This document shows, piece after piece, positions 61,428 to 64,000 of a stretch of DNA of 64,000 bases (positions are counted from its first letter, which is position 1; every line of letters begins with the position of its first letter). The stretch is from Balanoglossus misakiensis (taxonomy: Eukaryota; Animalia; Hemichordata). The stretch covers positions 2,286,699 to 2,350,698 of the forward strand of contig CM082581.2 of NCBI GenBank assembly GCA_040954595.2, in the 5' to 3' direction. The notes under the pieces were generated by a model, which was given only the letters and a program-made list of their open reading frames with translations, did no database searches and was not told the DNA's origin. The position numbers and the translations under genes are program-made.

Positions 61428-63525
61428 ATGGATGTCACCGTCAGTAATGTATCTCTCAGCGAAGATGATATCCCAGGAGCCAGCTTTGATGGTATTGATC
61501 CAGCAACGCTGAAAAAGGACAGGCTCCAATTTTGGTTAAGATGTAGGGGTGACACCCTGAAGAACTTAAAAACAAAGGCACAGTTGTTGACAAGGCAAGT
61601 AGGGGCTGGGTAAATTGTTTTTACGTGTTCCATTTGGTTTTGTTGATCAAACAATATAATAATAAATTATGGTCAAATAAATGAAAATGCATGTATTGCA
61701 AATAATACTATTAAAATAACAATATTGAAACATTTGTTTTTTTCTGTAGAATAAAGGTGTACATGGAAAATGGAACTGATGCAAAAATTGTTGATCCAGA
61801 TCCAAACAAAAGCTATACTAAGATGAAGATACAGAAAATGAAGGCACTATCATCAGGCCAAACTCCAGCAAATGTCATGTCAGCTCCTGTAGCACCTGTT
61901 GGACTGTCCACTTCTTACCCAAAAGATGGGTGGGGCACGTCGTTGCTAGGATTGCCTTTGTTCACTAGAGCACATATAAATATCCATCTCTCAAAAACAG
62001 GGAAGCAAGTAAAAGGGGATGCTGAGGATAATCACCCAACTAATCAGCAACGGGGAAAAGTGTTCTTTGAAGAAAAATATATCCATGATGTTATGACAAA
62101 TAAAGACACAAAATACTTTTATTTTACAGCAAGGTGTAACCATAGCTACAAAAAACATGCAGAGCCACATAGACTGAAACTAAAGCTTGATCTTCTGGAT
62201 GGTAATGTTGTACATGCTAACTGTACCTGTAAAGCCGGACTTGTAGGCTACTGTAATCATACCCTTGCATTATTATTTCTGATTTCACAATGCTCTTTAT
62301 TTGATTTAGAGGATGTTCAAGAGTTTGTAAATATTCACTCAAACATTACTTCTCCAACCTCTAGATTACAAGTGTGGCACCATAGAAACAGAGGTTTGGG
62401 GGTTTTGCCAGAACCTGTTACAAGTTTGGCCATTCGCAAAGTTAAAGTTGATAGTGGTGAGTCAAAATATGCTGTGACTTCAGCATTGTATGATGCCAGA
62501 AGAAATCCAAATCATGACAACAGTGCTGAAAAAAGTTCAGAGAAAGTCTGAACCAAAAAAATCCACTGTTTGGGTTTGCGCAGTGCCAGGTCATGCCTGA
62601 TGTATCATTAGTTGATACCAAATTTGGTAAAGTGCCAAATGGCTCAATTTTAAGCTATCAAACACGACACACAGAGTGTAGTTATTCTGTCTTTTGTGAC
62701 ATATCATCAGTACCAAGACTGCCATCTTATAATTTGTTAATAGATTTAAATTCTTTTCCTAATTTACCATACAAAGAAACCCCTATATATGACATTAAAA
62801 TTAACAATGAACAGGAACATGCATGGTTTCAATCAATCAAATGTAACAAAGACAGAGCAAATATGATTGAAGCAGAGACAAGAAAGCAGTCTGTCAGTGA
62901 TAAGTGGTTTCTGTATAGAAAACCAAGGCTGACTGCATCAAATTTTCACGATGTATGTATAACAAAAAGAAATCACGATGCCCTGTGTAATAGCTTATTT
63001 AATTCTGAAAGTTTTACAAGCAGATATACTGATCATGGCAAAAAATATGAAAGTGAGGGGTTGATAAAATATGCCAAATACATGAATGACACAGATAATT
63101 ATGTATCTCTACACAAATGTGGTCTAGTTATAAACCCCTCGTATTGTTTTCTTGGTGGTACACCGGATTCGAAAGTGGTCGATAGAAAATCATCTGAGCC
63201 ATATGGTATTGTAGAAGTTAAATGCCCAGAAACAAAGAAAAATGTCACTCCGTTGGATGCATGCCTTGATCCAACATTTTATTGTTATGATGACAATGGG
63301 CAACCAAGGTTGAAAGTTTATCACAGATATTATCAGCAAATTCAGGGACAAATGGCAGTGTGTGGGCTGACTTGGTGCGATTTTGTTATATATACATTTA
63401 AAGGGCTCAGCATTGAGAGAATCATATTTGACAGTGTATATTGGCAAGAAATGTTGACAAAACTGGATGTTTTTTTTACCGAACATTACATGCCATTTAT
63501 CGTGACGAGAGAACAAAGTGCTTAA
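61428..63525 (+). CDS. SAP-like + SWIM zinc finger + YqaJ/lambda-exonuclease (PD-(D/E)xK) protein; spliced; one frameshift
   Basis: Exon 61428-61594 (or -61609), intron to 61749, exon from 61750. LQFWLRCRG; CTCKAGLVGYCNH; QS..WF..RKPRLTASNF; GGTPD...VEVKCP; YYQQIQGQM; WCDFV. One base is missing in the A6 run at 62529-62534. Confidence 0.85.
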
Positions 63526-63686
63526 CCATATTTTTATTGAATGTAGTTGATAAATGTAGTTGATGTTTTAAAAGATGTAAAATGCGTGCATGGTTGAAAT
63601 GCAAATAAAAGACATATTCATCAATTTAATATTTTATTTTATTATTCACATTACAGCTGTGCCACATCAAAGAACAGACAAAATCC

Positions 63687-64000
63687 TCATGCACTTATTA
63701 TAGGATTCTGTACATTACACAATAGTGCACTTACAGTCCACATTTCATTTACAATATTAAAAAGTGATATAGGGACAACTCTGTCCCAGATATGAAAATT
63801 CTTAACTTTATTAATTGCCCTTTCTACATGTATGCGCTCAGCAGCAATTTTTTGTGTTTCTATAACATCTTCTGCACTCATTCGGTCACGTTTCTCTAGA
63901 AATGGTGGAATATTCAGAGACACACCTATAGGCCTCAAGAGGTCAGCTATGGTGAATCCCTTGTCTGCCATTACAGAGTCACCGTGGTCAAATGGCATAT
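63687..64000 (-). CDS. DDE_Tnp_4 (Harbinger/ISL2EU) transposase, C-terminal part
   Basis: DSVMADKGF...LNIPPF...IAAERIHVERAINKVKNF...LCN. Confidence 0.9.
   Translation of the reverse strand, partial: MPFDHGDSVMADKGFTIADLLRPIGVSLNIPPFLEKRDRMSAEDVIETQKIAAERIHVERAINKVKNFHIWDRVVPISLFNIVNEMWTVSALLCNVQNPIISA

Larger units (their letters stand above)
60825..64000. mobile_element. ISL2EU-type (PIF/Harbinger group) DNA transposon, runs off right edge
   Basis: Convergent SWIM-YqaJ nuclease gene and DDE_Tnp_4 transposase, which is the ISL2EU layout. The left end is unconfirmed because the other TIR is outside the window. Confidence 0.75.

Noticed and set aside
62525-62540. Programmed -1 frameshift at A AAA AAG in the YqaJ gene
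   Set aside because: The heptamer is phased in the destination frame, not the incoming frame (GAA AAA AGT). A 1-nt homopolymer deletion or sequencing error is more likely.

Overview
AT-rich eukaryotic (metazoan) DNA with spliceosomal GT-AG introns and many transposons. The TE content suggests a marine invertebrate, possibly a deuterostome (inference). Left part: a minus-strand ankyrin-repeat gene with one repeat per phase-0 exon. 16 exons are visible, 11 of them in a young ~250-bp exon+intron tandem array, and the gene runs off the left edge. A full-length ~5.0-kb RTEX-like LINE sits in one intron. Its ORF1 carries a 2A-like DxExNPGP motif, and ORF2 is in frame behind a single TAG with the first endonuclease motif upstream of the first ATG, which points to two translational recoding signals in one element. 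Middle: several MITEs, three copies of a CR1/Crack-like LINE (one nested in a CACTG element and itself carrying a MITE), and a probably pseudogenised transmembrane C-type lectin gene containing a foldback element with inverted 69-bp arrays rich in GGAAATTTCC. Right part: a ~528-bp satellite, a scrambled chromodomain-bearing Gypsy element interrupted by an unclassified TIR element with a 5-bp TSD, an L2 relic, a HIRAN fragment, a decayed transposon-type gene, and an ISL2EU-type (PIF/Harbinger group) element with a SWIM-YqaJ nuclease gene convergent on a DDE transposase. All family assignments come from motif recognition by eye; no database searches were run.
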